Assembly (NCBI GenBank): GCA_036172245.1
Contig: JAYWIR010000010.1
Location: 434,001 to 498,000 of the forward strand
Origin: Raillietiella orientalis
Lineage: Eukaryota
Direction of reading: 5' to 3'
DNA length: 64,000 nt
Shown: positions 62,770 through 64,000 of the stretch, piece after piece
How positions within the stretch are numbered: the first letter of the stretch is position 1
How the letters are laid out: the number at the start of each line of letters is the position of its first letter
The notes under the pieces: model-generated
What the model saw: the letters and a program-made list of their open reading frames with translations, nothing else
Databases searched by the model: none
What the model was told of the DNA's origin: nothing
Program-made: the position numbers and the translations under genes

Positions 62770-63880
62770 ATCGCAGTGACCTTCGAGTCGGCTGACCAGA
62801 GACGCAGCATCTGAACTAAGGAGGGGGGTGGCTGGATCTACCGACCGATGCCACGGACAAGATGCAGGCGCCCTGCGGAAGTCGGATGCTAGACCAGGTG
62901 GCGCTACTGCATCTTCCCCTCTCACTTTGCTTTTCCTCAGGTGCAGAACCGCGACCGCTCCAGGGGCAACCGAAAGAAGGAGCGTTGCATCCACCTCTGC
63001 GGATTTGGAAAGCAGAGGGTTGCCCCGGCCCCGTAGATGCGTGGAGACGGTCGTTCTGGAGGACCTGCCCGCACTCGTCGCAGAGCGAGGGTCCCGCTGG
63101 AGGCCGCGAGGGCCCGCGCGCAATCCTTGGACCAACGAAGAACCCGAGTGCTCTTTAGGAACACGCCGCTTCACCTTTCAGTGCGCTCATCACCATGGCG
63201 CTTCCACGCATGGCGGCGGAGTCGCTCACGGAAAATCGCCAGGCAAATCAGGAACGAGGAGTTCACCGCCGGGGGGAACGAACATCTTCCGACCTGCCAG
63301 TAGCTGACTTCCACAAGAAGAAGAAAATGACCTGCGGTGCATCAGGAGGACTCGCCAGTCGCACGGGGTGTCCATGGAAACGACACGTCAAAAGGGCACC
63401 GAGCAACCAGCTCAGGGCTCGAAGACAGGGAGTCCTTTCCACGCCCCTTCACGGAACTGCAACCACCGGAGAGGGGCGCAGGGTCGGAATGCAGTGAGGG
63501 AGATGCTGGTGGTGACTCTGAAGATTGCAAAATGTCCACTTCCCAAAGAAGGGCGACGAACTGACCAGCGCGAGCAGCAGCAGCCGGCGCAGCGCGCCTT
63601 CCCGGGCCTCCGAACGACGAGAGCCCCTTCCCCCTCCACCCCCACCCCACTGCGTTCGCGCGGCGAGCTTACTTCGACGGAGACTGGGGGCTGCTGGGTG
63701 ATAGGGCGAGGGGATGTGTCGCATGGAAGCAGTCATCCTAAGAGGTCATCCCCCCTGCGAAGCCACCCTGTTTGAACCTGAGGGTGCAAGATCGAGGGAG
63801 ACGCTGAACTGCTCCAAGAGAGCAGGCAGGGGTTACCCATATATCCTGCGCGCGGGTTCGAATCCCAACCGGGGGAAGGA
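62770..63880 (+). mobile_element. Probable internally deleted LINE ORF2 remnant (endonuclease to RT)
   Basis: Collinear motif-like peptides: GSRMLD (cf. SRLD), HFPKKGD near 63537 (cf. LIPKKGD), SRQGLPIYP near 63822 (cf. RQGxPLSP). Confidence 0.45.
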
Positions 63881-64000
63881 CTGATGCCGAGCAGTGGAGG
63901 GCGTGTCGCACACCCTCCTGCAGGAGGACGCTGATTGACCTTCGGGTGAGACACTGGTGGAAATCGGAAACTCTCGGACACCTCCGCTTCCTTTGGCCCT

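Noticed and set aside
63845..63880. B-box-like GGGTTCGAATCCC (and its inverse near 2352-2364) suggesting tRNA or SINE
   Set aside because: No cloverleaf or A-box found; both sit where decayed RT coding sequence (xFEP after QGxPLS) would give the same bases.

Overview
GC-rich (roughly 60% by eye), CpG-rich eukaryotic genomic DNA with no recognisable intact protein-coding gene; the many long six-frame ORFs are consistent with GC-rich/low-complexity artefacts. The window is largely a graveyard of L1/Tx1-like non-LTR retrotransposon (LINE) sequence. About ten 5'-truncated 3' ends lie on both strands, most carrying the ORF2 C-terminal zf-RVT/CCHC region (C-x2-C-x7-H-x4-C) and a shared 3' UTR, plus scattered decayed endonuclease, RT and thumb fragments. 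One copy (6400-7321) is bounded by a perfect 14-bp target-site duplication. The most interesting signal is that the 3' UTR folds into the same multi-hairpin RNA (three-way junction with a CUGCGU hexaloop, a downstream hairpin, an A/U-rich segment with AAUAAA in some copies, and a terminal CCCGG/CCGGG hairpin) with compensatory base changes between diverged copies. Also present: three near-identical ~890-bp dead LINE blocks with the same 5' edge (two form an inverted pair), a second ~375-bp inverted pair, a decayed intronless histone H3 pseudogene, an unidentified dispersed repeat family, a possible Harbinger transposase remnant, microsatellites and enhancer-like unique islands. The organism cannot be identified from the sequence. 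All alignments, translations and foldings were done by eye, so boundaries of degenerate fragments are approximate.
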